Origin: Myxococcota bacterium
Lineage (GTDB): Bacteria > Myxococcota_A > UBA9042 > PHBI01 > JAWLBL01
DNA: 64,000 bases
Direction: 5' to 3'
Assembly: GCA_041687695.1 (NCBI GenBank)
Contig: JAWLBL010000006.1
Span: 96,001 to 160,000, forward strand
Of the stretch, positions 16,810 to 25,881 are shown piece by piece. Made by a program: the position numbers and the translations under genes. The number at the start of each line of letters is the position of its first letter. Position 1 is the first letter of the stretch. The notes under the pieces were generated by a model, which saw only the letters and a list, made by a program, of their open reading frames with translations, did no database searches and had not been told where the DNA came from.

Positions 16810-18807
16810 TCACGGCCACCCGTCCCCGCGCCGGACCCGCACCGCCCGCCCCGTGGCCGCCGCCTCGCGCTGCGCCGCCCCCAGGACGTGCGCCGTCGTC
16901 AGCCGCGCCCCCTCGCGCGCCGCCGCGTAGGCCCCGATGAGGATGGCGTTCTTGATCTCGCCGCCGCTCAGCTCGACGTCCGCCAGCGCCTCGAAGTCGA
17001 TGGGCTCGGCCGTCTCGACGTCCTCGGGCAGCAGGTACCGCCACAGCCGCACCCGCTCGTCGAACCCGGGCAGCCCGAAGGTCACCCGGAAGGTGAAGCG
17101 CCGCTCGAAGGCCTTGTCGATGGCCTGCTTCAGGTTGGTCGTCAGCACCGCGATGCCCGGGAAGCGCTCGACCAGCTGCAGCAGGACGTTGACGTCCATG
17201 TTCGAGTACCGGTCGGCGGACCGCTCCACCGACGTGCGCTTGGAGAACAGCGAGTCGGCCTCGTCGAACAGCAGCAGGCTCCCCTCGGGCCGCGCCCGCT
17301 CGAAGATGCGCGTCAGGTTCTTCTCCGTCTCGCCGATGTACTTGTCGACCACGCTCGCGGTGTTGATGCGGACCAGCGACAGGCCCAGCTCGGCGGCGAC
17401 GACCTCGGCCGCGTGGGTCTTGCCGGTGCCCGGCTCGCCGTCGAACAGCGCGATGATGCCCGTCCCGCGGCAGATGCGCCGCCCCAGCCCCCAGCCGCTC
17501 AGCACCAGGCTCCGCGCCCGCCCCGCGGCGATGACCTCCTCGACCCGCTCGCGCGTCTCGTCGTCCAGCACGAGATCGGCCAGGCGCGCCCGCGGCTCGC
17601 TGACCACCGCCAGGTCCCCCACGTTGCGCGTCAGCTGCGCCCGCGCGGCCCGCTCGAGCCCGGCCGGTTCCAGCCCCTCGGGCGCGCTCACCAGCGCCGC
17701 CAGCCGCACCGCCTGCCCGACCTGCCGCGGGCTCAGGTGCACCCGCGCCGCCAGCTCTCGCAGCGTCTCGGGCGCCAGCTCGGCCTCCGTCGGCAGGTTC
17801 AGGCGCCACACCCGCGCCTCGTCCGGCCCCCCGGCCAGCGCCAGGCGCCGCCGCAGCAGCGTCACCCGCTCGAGCGCCGGCTCCAGCCCCGCGTCCGACG
17901 GCGTCACCAGCACCACCGCCGCGTCGCGCCGCCGCACGAACCGGGCCAGCGCGTGGGCGGCCGCCCCGGTCAGCCGATGCCCGTCGCGCACCAGCACCAC
18001 GTCGCCGTACAGCTCGCTCATCCGCGTCAGCGCCGACAGGACCTCGCGCTGCTGGCCCTCCGACGCGACCGACAGCGCCCCGCCATCGACCTCGAGCGTT
18101 CGCCGATCGATGCCCCGCGCCGCCGCCCGCGCCGCCGTCGCCCGGCCCGACCCCTCGGCGCCCTCGAGCACCAGCAGCACGCCCTCGGCCGCCGGCCCCG
18201 CAAGCGCCCCCAGCCACCCCGGCGTCGGCGCGGGACGCGCCGCCCACGCCGCCAACACGGCGCATAGCCACCCGATGGCCTCGCCCTCGCTCGACGGCGC
18301 CTCGCCGCCGCCCGCCGGCTCCGTCACCTCCAGGTAGGGCGCCGTCGTCAGGGGCGCCGCCTCGACCCCCGCCAGCAGCCCGGCCACCACCGGGTCGGCC
18401 GCCAAGGGCGCGAACAGCGGCGCCTGGCCCGCGGCCGCGTAGGCCACCAGCAGCTCGCGGCGGGCCAGCGTGCCCTGCGGGGCCAGCGCCGCGCGCAGCA
18501 GCCGCTCGTCGTCCGGCCCGTCCGACAGCAGGCGCAGCAGCAGCGCCAGGTCCAGCCGGTCGCGGCGCAGGTCGTCGTTGGCGCGCGCGACGCGCTCGCG
18601 GTGGCCGGGGTCCAGCTGGTCCATCGCGACCAGCCACAGCACCAGCAGCTCGAGCTGCGTCAGCCCGTAGCGCGCGGCGACGGGCGCCCCGGGCGCGTCC
18701 GGCCCGGTCAGCTGGGCGGCCACCTCGCGGCGCGCCACGGTCAGGCCGGCCTCGTCGCCCAGGCTGGCCAGCAGGACCTCGACGCCGTGCAGGAAGGCGG
18801 GGCTCAC
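16810..18807 (-). CDS. AAA+ ATPase, Afp15/Pvc15-like family (N-terminal helical domain, degenerate AAA, intact AAA)
   Basis: GTG start overlaps the upstream stop (GTGA). N-terminal YGLTQLELLVL...LDP...LDLALLLRLL. Degenerate GAEGSGRAT. Intact FDGEPGTGKT, VVDKYIGETEKNL, LLLFDEADSLFSKRT, DRYSNMDVNVLLQ, LTTNL, IDKAFERRF, LSGGEIKN. Confidence 0.85.
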   Translation of the reverse strand: MSPAFLHGVEVLLASLGDEAGLTVARREVAAQLTGPDAPGAPVAARYGLTQLELLVLWLVAMDQLDPGHRERVARANDDLRRDRLDLALLLRLLSDGPDDERLLRAALAPQGTLARRELLVAYAAAGQAPLFAPLAADPVVAGLLAGVEAAPLTTAPYLEVTEPAGGGEAPSSEGEAIGWLCAVLAAWAARPAPTPGWLGALAGPAAEGVLLVLEGAEGSGRATAARAAARGIDRRTLEVDGGALSVASEGQQREVLSALTRMSELYGDVVLVRDGHRLTGAAAHALARFVRRRDAAVVLVTPSDAGLEPALERVTLLRRRLALAGGPDEARVWRLNLPTEAELAPETLRELAARVHLSPRQVGQAVRLAALVSAPEGLEPAGLERAARAQLTRNVGDLAVVSEPRARLADLVLDDETRERVEEVIAAGRARSLVLSGWGLGRRICRGTGIIALFDGEPGTGKTHAAEVVAAELGLSLVRINTASVVDKYIGETEKNLTRIFERARPEGSLLLFDEADSLFSKRTSVERSADRYSNMDVNVLLQLVERFPGIAVLTTNLKQAIDKAFERRFTFRVTFGLPGFDERVRLWRYLLPEDVETAEPIDFEALADVELSGGEIKNAILIGAYAAAREGARLTTAHVLGAAQREAAATGRAVRVRRGDGWP

Positions 18808-21800
18808 AGCTTGCCCTGGAAGGAGGTGAAGGGCATCAGGACCTTCAGCGTGGCCTCGGTCGGGTAGCGGCGCTCGAAGCGGGCGCGGCTCAGCTGGCGC
18901 AGCGTGGTCACGTCCGTGGCGTCTTCCATCCAGCACTCGCGCGAGAAGAAGGTGTCGAGGGACTGGCGCATGGCGGCCAGGTTGGCGGCGTTGGCCGGCC
19001 GCCCGTACCGGGTCAGCGTCGCCTTGGCGTAGGCGTCGTCGAACACCGGGGCCGAGCCCTCGCGGGCGCGCCAGTCGTTGGCGCCGGTGGTCGACGCCGT
19101 GGAGAAGAAGCGGGTCTTGGGGTTGGCGACCGCGGGGCCGTAGGTGGTGTGGCCGATGACGGCGCCCTCGCGCTTGCCCTCGGCGTGCAGGGCGTCGCGC
19201 CAGGCGTCGGCCATGCCGCCCTCTTGCTTGGCGGCGGTGCTGCAGGCGAACAGGCGGACGCGCACGTCGCTCGACAGGTGCCGGGCCATGCGCGAGACCA
19301 GCGACGGCACGTCGGCCTGGCCGATGTGGGCGCCGGCCGCCGCCCCGCGGCCGTGCATCGAGCCCGAGGAGCCGTGGGTCGCCAGGGCCAGGAAGCGGAC
19401 GCGCGCGACCTGCGCGTCGGCGGCGGCGCGCGCGGGTGTGGCCGGGTTGGCGGCCAGCAGGGCGGCCACGGCGGCGGACGTCGAGGCGACCAGCTTCGGG
19501 ATGTCGTCCTTGGTGCGGTAGGTCAGGTGACGGCCCAGCTCGACCTTGCCGCGGTCGGCGGCCACCGCGCCCTCGGCGCTGGCGAACTGCTTGGCCTCCC
19601 ACTGGAAGACCAGGTTGTTCTTGCAGGCGACGGTGCCGACCCGCTGGCGGAGGTTGGTGTCCGCGAACATGGCCGCGTTGACGGCTGCGACGTCGTGCAT
19701 GGCCGCGGCGATCTGGTTGCGTTGCGCCTTCGTGGCCTGGGTGACGTCGGCGGGCAGGGGCGAGGTCGGCTTGCGCGCCGCGGACCACAGCCGCTGCAGG
19801 CGCGGGTGGTCGGCCGGGGTCGCGGCCATCTGCGACAGCACGTAGCGGAAGGCGTAGGGGTCCAGGTCACCGGGCCCCTTGGCCTGCTTGGCCGCGTCGG
19901 CGCCGCTCTGGAACGCGTCCGGGATGCTCAAGGCGACCACCACGCCGCCAGGGAAGCGTTGCCGCAGCGCGTCGGCCGCCCCGGGATCCTTCAGCGCCTT
20001 GGCGTCCAGCGGCGTCGTCGGCTCTCCGCCGCCCTTGCCCTTCGGCTCGGGCAGCAGCCGGACGTGGCGCGGCTCGCTCGGCTCCTTGACGGTCGAGCCG
20101 CCCAGCGAGGGCTTCTTCATCGGGCCGGTGTAGCGGTACGCCTTGGCGTTGCCGCTCTTGACCCGCGCGGCGATGTCGTCCGCGGTCCAGGCGCCGGTCA
20201 GCCCGATGTAGCCCATGTTGTAGCCGGCCTGGATGACGTTGCCGAAGGTCAAGGTCTCGTCGCCCACCTTGCGGCTGCCCACGCCCTTGGTCGGCACCGC
20301 CAGCGCGATGTGGCCGGTCGTGTAGGCGTCCTGCTCGCCGGCCTTCCGGCCCGCCTTCAGGTCGCCCCGCGACAGGATGAAGACCAGCTCGCCCCGGTTG
20401 ACGTGCTCGTCCCAGATGGCCCGATGCAGGTCCAGGTCGGGCAGGGCCAGCACCTGGAAGTCCTTGGGCGGCGCCTTCTCGTAGACCGTGAACATGTCGC
20501 TGGTCCGATGCGCGCGCGAGACGTTGGCGTGGGCCAGGTTGTCCAGCGCGTCGATGACCAGGTGGTTGCAGTAGGTGGCGCTCGGCCGCTCGACGTAACC
20601 CCGCTGCTTGCCCCAGTTCGGGTCGTCATCGTCGTTGCCCTGCCGCAGCCGCGTCCACAGCTCCGAGGCGACCGCGCCGCCGCCCACCGCCTCCATGAAG
20701 GCCACCTCGTCGTCGAAGGACCCGACGATGAGCGCCTTGGCCTGCGCGCCGGTCCGCCACGCCGCCGCCTGGCCGGCTTTGACGTACACGCGGCTGCCCG
20801 CCGGCAGGTTGTCCCCCATGTTGCCGATCTGGAACAGCACCTCGAGCGCCTGGTGGTCGCCGTCGACCTCGAGCAGCCGGTAGGGGACGTTGCGCCCCGC
20901 CAGATAGTTGGTCTTGTCGAACCGCCCGTCCCGCTTCACGTACAGCCACGGGCTCGAGGTCGAAAAGCGCACCTTCGGGTCGTCGTGCACCCGCCGGAGA
21001 TCCGACAGGTCCCCAGGCGGCGCCGGCTCGCCGCCGCCCCGCAGCGCCTTGCCGCCCTTGGGGTCGACCGGGCCGACGTCCTTGCCCGTCCCCAGCGCCG
21101 GGTAGCGCGCCGCAACGTCCAGCGCCACGTCCGCCGCCCGCACCAGCCGGTCGAAGGCCTCGGCGTCCCCGTCCTTCATCGCCCAGCGCGCCAGCACCCC
21201 CAGCTCCAACGCCCAGCTCCCGTGCGCCGCCAGCAACTCGAACGGCCGCATCACGTCCCACGTCGGCCGCGCCTCCATCAGCCGCGCCCGCGCCGGCCCC
21301 ACGAACGCGTCCAGCTGCCGGGCCCCCGCCTCGCTCGCGTGCACCGCGTCGACCCGCCGCCGCAGCGCCACGTCCGCCTCCAGCGCGAACAGCCGCGCCG
21401 CCCGCGCCCCGTCGATCACCCGCGGCCGGTCCGGCGCCGCCGGCTCCTCCCGCGCCTCCTGCGGCCCCTTCCCCCGCGCCTGCTCCATCCGCCGCTCGAT
21501 GAGCGCCAGCGCCCCGTCCAGATCCAGCGCCGCCCCCGCGTCGGCCGGCCGCGTCTTCGGCCGCGCCGCCGACAGCTTGCCGACGTCCCCCGTCCCCTCG
21601 CGGATGACGTCCGCCAGCGTCTTGCCGCCCGCCTTCCTGGCCCTGGGCGCGTACGCCCCGCGGAAGAAGTCCTCGATCTCCTGCGTCCACGCCGCCGGGT
21701 CGTCCACCGCCACGCCCGCGAAGCGCGCCTTCGTCTCGGCGAAGGCCGCCGCGAACAGGTCCTCTCGCTTGCCCAGGTGGTCGCTCGTGTAGGCGTAGCA

Positions 21801-24800
21801 GTACCGGGTCAGCGGCGCCCAGATGTAGTCGTAGGCGCTGTGCCCCCCCTGCACCTTCTTGTTCACCGCCATGTGGCGCTCCTCGGCGATGGCCCGCCCC
21901 GTGATCGCCGCCTGCACCCGCGGGTCGGCCATCAGCGCGTTCATCACCGCCAGCTTCGCCACGTCGTAGCGCATGACCAGCTGCGGCAGGTTGCTGGCCC
22001 CGGACCCCGCCTTCCCCTTCGCCGACAGCGTCCGGTCCGCATGGAAGGACGTCTTCACGTTCGCCTCGAGCAGCGCCCTCGCCTCGGCGTCCCCCGCCTT
22101 GCCCGCCGCCGCCAGCGTCGCCAGCCCGTCCTTCAGCGGGTCGCGCCCGTACGCGGCCAGGATCGCCCGCACCTGCGCCTCCGAGCCCTCGCTCCGCTCC
22201 GAGTACGTCTTGCCGTCGGCCGCGTCGACCTCGAAGAAGAACCACTGCGCCGTCTTCGCGTCCCCGCCGACCGGCCGCACACGCACCCCGACCGACGCCA
22301 GCAGCGCCCCGATCTCGCCCCGCGCGTCGTGCCGCATGGCCTGCCCGAACGCGTTCGCCAGCAGGCTGCACCCGTGGCCGTAGTCGGTGCCGGCCAGCCC
22401 GTCGAGCCCCATCGTCACGTGCATCCGGTCGTACGTGTTCGACGCGAAGTGCCCCAGCTCGCCGCCCTCGGTCGCCCCCTTCGCCCGATAGATGGCCAGC
22501 TCGTCGTCGCTCGCCCCCAGCGCCTCCTGCACCAGCGCCCAGTGGTGGCCCTTGCCCGCCGCCGTCGCCCGCTCGCCGTCCACCGTCACGCCGTGGATCA
22601 TCCAGCCCGACAGCCACCGGTTCGACGCGTCGTGCCGGGTCATCGCGGTCCACCGGTACACCAGCGTGACGTTGCCCACCTTCACCGTGCAGGTCGTCTC
22701 GAACGGCACCAGCTCCCGCGTCGAGTAGACCGGCTTCACCTCGCCCACCGCGCCCAGCGCCAGCGCGCCCTCCACGGCCGCCCCACCCGCCTTCCGCGCG
22801 TCCTTCACCCACAGCGCCGCGAAGTCGTCGTCCTCCGGCGTCGTCCGCGCCGGCCGCAGCCCCTCCGCCCGCTCATGCCACCGCGCCGCCTCCGCCTCGC
22901 TCAGCAGCCCCAGCCCCTTGGCCTCGCCGACCCGCCCCAGCGCCCGCTGATACGCCGCCTCGCTCGGCGCCCCCCGCAGCGCCGCGCCCAGCAGCGCCTC
23001 CACCTCGCGCCCGATCTCGGCCCGCATCGCCGCCGCGTCCCCCCCGAGCGCCCCCAGCGGCTCCACGAACCCCCGCCGCACCTCCGCCAGCCCGGCCAGC
23101 CCCGCCGCCCGCGCCTGCATCCACCGCCGAAACGCCTTGCCCTGCGCCCCCGGCGGCATCCCCGCGACCTCCGCCGCCTCCGGTCGCCACCCCTTCAGCC
23201 CCGCGGTCGCCGCCTCGCCGTGGACCTTCGCCCCCTTCCCCAGGTACCAGGCCTCCTCGGCCGCCGGCGTCGCCCCGAACACCTTCCCGGTGAACGCCTC
23301 CCGCACCGCCTCCGCCCCCGCCAGCCGCGGCACCTGCCGCGCCACCTCGCCCCGGTCCACCTCGACCGCCACCGCCAGCGCCACCAGCGCCGCCCCCTCC
23401 AGCGTCCCCACCGTCACCCGCCGCCCCGCCACCGGGTCGTCCACCTCCCACCCGTCGTCCACCCGCCCCACGACCCGCCGCACCTCGGCGCCCGGCCCGA
23501 CCGCCAGCACGGCCTGCCCGCTGCCCAGCGCGCCCGAGACCCCGTCCGGCGCCACCACCTCGGCCCCGACCCCGAACGCCCGCGCCAACGCCGCCACGCC
23601 GCCCGCGTCCAGCGCCTCCGGCAGCCCGCGCTCGAGCCGCACCATCTCCAGCGCGTCCGCGAAGCACCCCGCCTCGGGGTAGGGCGAGGCCACCCCCAGC
23701 GTCTCCAGCGCCAGCCCCAGCGCGGCCAGCGGCCCCCGCCGCGCCTCCGTCACCACCGTCGCGGCCGCCGCCGGGACCAGCTTCGCCTTGCGCTGAAGCC
23801 GCTCGAACCACGCCTGCCGCGTCGGCCCGTGCGCCACCCCCACCACGAACGCCCGGCAGCGCGCGATCTCCAGGGCGCTCAGCGTCTCGCGGTGCAGCAG
23901 CCGCTCCTCGTCGGTCGCCACCCGCAGCGCCGCCCGCGGCGCATGGACCGGCCGCCCCCGATGCAGCACCTCCACGAAGTCCGGGTCGTTGTCGGCGGTC
24001 TTCCCCACCAGCGCCGCCGGGTCCTCGCCCAGCTCGCCCACCGGCCGGGCCGTGTCCTCGGCATACACCCCGGCGTAGACCGGCACCTTCGCCCCGGCCA
24101 CCGCCGGCCGCAGGTAGTCCACGACCGTCAGCCCGCTCGGGGTCACTCCCAGCAGCGTCCGCTGCGGCGCCTCGGCCTCCACCCGCGCCTCGTTCGTGAA
24201 CGCCGTGTCCAGCCACCCGAGCCGCGCCGGCCCGCCCTCGGGCGCGTCCACCAGCGCCCGCGCCCAGGTCCGCCCGCCCGCCTCGCGCCGCTCGCGCGTG
24301 ACCGGCACCCGGTCGCCCACCCGCAGGTCCCGCAGCCGCGGCGCGTGGTGGTCCGGCTGCGCATGGACCCCCAGCACCAGCTCGACCAGCTCCTGATAGA
24401 CCGCCGTCAGGAACGCGTCCGGCCGGGTCCCCGCCTCGGCCGGCTCGGCCGCCTCCAGCGCGCCAGCGTCCACTCGGCTGCCGGCCGCCGGCTCCGTCGC
24501 CAGCTCGGGCGCCCGCGTCCCCGCCCCCGGCAACCCGGCCAGCCCCAGCGGCGCCAGCGCCTCGGCCAGCGTCGCCTCCAGATCCGCCAGCGACTTCACC
24601 GTGTCGACCCGCGCCTCGATGGCCCCGTCGAACCCCGTCGCCGCCCGCGCCTCGGCCGGCCCCCGCGGCGTCTGCGCGAGGATCCATGGCTCCAGCAGCG
24701 CCGGCGCCGCCTCGCCGGTCCCCACCAGCGCCGCGACCGTCCCCGGAGGCGGCGAGTCGCCCGGCCCGATCCGGCCCCCGGTCAGCCGCCCCGCCAGCTC

Positions 24801-25676
24801 GCCCGCGTCGCGGTGCCCCAGCCGGTGCGCCACGGTGCGCAGCCGGTCCTTGCGGTGGGCCCGCAGCGCCTCGGGGTCCGTCGCTCGCAGCGCGCGCCGC
24901 TCGTCCCGGCTCAGCCGCTCGACCTGGAAGTGCCGCCAATACGTCGCGACGTCGCCCAGGTACTGCTGCGCCACCCGCCCGGCCAGCACGCGCCGCGTCA
25001 GCTCGGCCGTCATCGCGTCGACGTCCTCGCGGGTCAGCGCCAGGCCCTTGACGAAGACCAGCTGGTTGACCAGCTCCGACACGCGCTGCAGGACCAGCGC
25101 CCGGTCCCCCGGCACCTCGCGCCCGTGCGCGTCGACCGCCGCCTCGGCCAGCCGCGCCGGCTCGGCCGCGTCACCCATCAGGCCCAGGTGGGTCAGCCGC
25201 GCGCGCCGCCGCGCCCGCGCCCGCTCGGGGAACAGCAACGGATCGACCCCGGCGATCTCGGCCTCGGCGTTCGCCTCGTGCGCTTCGTTGCTCGCCACCT
25301 GCGCGGCGCTCACCTCGGCCTCGGCGGCGTCGACGGGCCGCTCGCGCTCGGCGTCCAGGGCCTGTGGCTGCTGCTTGAGCCGAGCCCGGAAGGCGCCGAC
25401 CCGCAGGTCCTGCGCCTCCTTGTCGGCCAGCGCGTCGGCCGAGAGCGTGGCCTTCGGGTCCAGAGGCGCCGGCTCGGCCTCGGGCGCGGGCGTCGGCGTG
25501 GGCTCCTGCGGTCGCGGCCGGACGGCCTCGCGCGCCTCCTCGTACCCCTGCGGCGTCCGCTCGTCGGTGGCCAGCGGCGACCGCTCGGCGCGGGCCAGCT
25601 CGCTCGCCTGGTCGTCGTGGCGCGGCGCGTGCGGCGTCAGGGTCGGGACCGGTTCCTGGTGGCGCGGGACGACCAT
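18804..25676 (-). CDS. Giant (2290 aa) multidomain protein, putative polymorphic effector or cell-wall-lytic enzyme
   Basis: Open frame with GAGGAG RBS before ATG 25676. Motif-level resemblance to SH3b, degenerate C39-like, lysozyme-like (EG..SNTYD), CHAP/NlpC-like (TYCN...GHIA...IQAG) and His-Cys peptidase-like (THG...LFACS) segments. The CDS itself is solid; the function is inferred. Confidence 0.75.
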   Translation of the reverse strand: MVVPRHQEPVPTLTPHAPRHDDQASELARAERSPLATDERTPQGYEEAREAVRPRPQEPTPTPAPEAEPAPLDPKATLSADALADKEAQDLRVGAFRARLKQQPQALDAERERPVDAAEAEVSAAQVASNEAHEANAEAEIAGVDPLLFPERARARRRARLTHLGLMGDAAEPARLAEAAVDAHGREVPGDRALVLQRVSELVNQLVFVKGLALTREDVDAMTAELTRRVLAGRVAQQYLGDVATYWRHFQVERLSRDERRALRATDPEALRAHRKDRLRTVAHRLGHRDAGELAGRLTGGRIGPGDSPPPGTVAALVGTGEAAPALLEPWILAQTPRGPAEARAATGFDGAIEARVDTVKSLADLEATLAEALAPLGLAGLPGAGTRAPELATEPAAGSRVDAGALEAAEPAEAGTRPDAFLTAVYQELVELVLGVHAQPDHHAPRLRDLRVGDRVPVTRERREAGGRTWARALVDAPEGGPARLGWLDTAFTNEARVEAEAPQRTLLGVTPSGLTVVDYLRPAVAGAKVPVYAGVYAEDTARPVGELGEDPAALVGKTADNDPDFVEVLHRGRPVHAPRAALRVATDEERLLHRETLSALEIARCRAFVVGVAHGPTRQAWFERLQRKAKLVPAAAATVVTEARRGPLAALGLALETLGVASPYPEAGCFADALEMVRLERGLPEALDAGGVAALARAFGVGAEVVAPDGVSGALGSGQAVLAVGPGAEVRRVVGRVDDGWEVDDPVAGRRVTVGTLEGAALVALAVAVEVDRGEVARQVPRLAGAEAVREAFTGKVFGATPAAEEAWYLGKGAKVHGEAATAGLKGWRPEAAEVAGMPPGAQGKAFRRWMQARAAGLAGLAEVRRGFVEPLGALGGDAAAMRAEIGREVEALLGAALRGAPSEAAYQRALGRVGEAKGLGLLSEAEAARWHERAEGLRPARTTPEDDDFAALWVKDARKAGGAAVEGALALGAVGEVKPVYSTRELVPFETTCTVKVGNVTLVYRWTAMTRHDASNRWLSGWMIHGVTVDGERATAAGKGHHWALVQEALGASDDELAIYRAKGATEGGELGHFASNTYDRMHVTMGLDGLAGTDYGHGCSLLANAFGQAMRHDARGEIGALLASVGVRVRPVGGDAKTAQWFFFEVDAADGKTYSERSEGSEAQVRAILAAYGRDPLKDGLATLAAAGKAGDAEARALLEANVKTSFHADRTLSAKGKAGSGASNLPQLVMRYDVAKLAVMNALMADPRVQAAITGRAIAEERHMAVNKKVQGGHSAYDYIWAPLTRYCYAYTSDHLGKREDLFAAAFAETKARFAGVAVDDPAAWTQEIEDFFRGAYAPRARKAGGKTLADVIREGTGDVGKLSAARPKTRPADAGAALDLDGALALIERRMEQARGKGPQEAREEPAAPDRPRVIDGARAARLFALEADVALRRRVDAVHASEAGARQLDAFVGPARARLMEARPTWDVMRPFELLAAHGSWALELGVLARWAMKDGDAEAFDRLVRAADVALDVAARYPALGTGKDVGPVDPKGGKALRGGGEPAPPGDLSDLRRVHDDPKVRFSTSSPWLYVKRDGRFDKTNYLAGRNVPYRLLEVDGDHQALEVLFQIGNMGDNLPAGSRVYVKAGQAAAWRTGAQAKALIVGSFDDEVAFMEAVGGGAVASELWTRLRQGNDDDDPNWGKQRGYVERPSATYCNHLVIDALDNLAHANVSRAHRTSDMFTVYEKAPPKDFQVLALPDLDLHRAIWDEHVNRGELVFILSRGDLKAGRKAGEQDAYTTGHIALAVPTKGVGSRKVGDETLTFGNVIQAGYNMGYIGLTGAWTADDIAARVKSGNAKAYRYTGPMKKPSLGGSTVKEPSEPRHVRLLPEPKGKGGGEPTTPLDAKALKDPGAADALRQRFPGGVVVALSIPDAFQSGADAAKQAKGPGDLDPYAFRYVLSQMAATPADHPRLQRLWSAARKPTSPLPADVTQATKAQRNQIAAAMHDVAAVNAAMFADTNLRQRVGTVACKNNLVFQWEAKQFASAEGAVAADRGKVELGRHLTYRTKDDIPKLVASTSAAVAALLAANPATPARAAADAQVARVRFLALATHGSSGSMHGRGAAAGAHIGQADVPSLVSRMARHLSSDVRVRLFACSTAAKQEGGMADAWRDALHAEGKREGAVIGHTTYGPAVANPKTRFFSTASTTGANDWRAREGSAPVFDDAYAKATLTRYGRPANAANLAAMRQSLDTFFSRECWMEDATDVTTLRQLSRARFERRYPTEATLKVLMPFTSFQGKL

Positions 25677-25732
25677 GCGGGGCTGCTCCTCGCGCCGCCC
25701 TGCGACGCCTGGACTCGGGGTGGAACCCGGCC

Positions 25733-25777
25733 AGCCTACGGACCGCGCGCCGCCTCGGGATCTCACCGGAATCTCAC
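25733..25777 (-). promoter_or_regulatory. Putative activator-dependent promoter, copy 2: GTGAGAT-N4-GTGAGAT plus TAGGCT box
   Basis: ATCTCAC at 25760-25766 and 25771-25777, AGCCTA at 25733-25738, 21-nt gap as in copy 1. Confidence 0.7.
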
Positions 25778-25881
25778 CCGTCGCGGCAGACGCTCGCGCC
25801 GACCCCACACCTGCCGGCAGGTGGCGGCGCAGCTGCAGCTGAAGTAGCTCCGCGGGGCCGGGGTCGGGTAGGGTCGGCCCC

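Noticed and set aside
16810..25676. A complete eCIS, T6SS or prophage locus
   Set aside because: No sheath, tube, baseplate, VgrG/PAAR or capsid genes are recognisable in the window; only the ATPase and a putative cargo are present.
19149..25847. 2232-aa + strand ORF, and other very long overlapping ORFs such as 2913..7700, 13705..18267 and most of 43074..49055
   Set aside because: These are antisense or off-frame shadows of real genes, expected at this GC content. They are Arg/Pro/Gly-rich and lack recognisable motifs.
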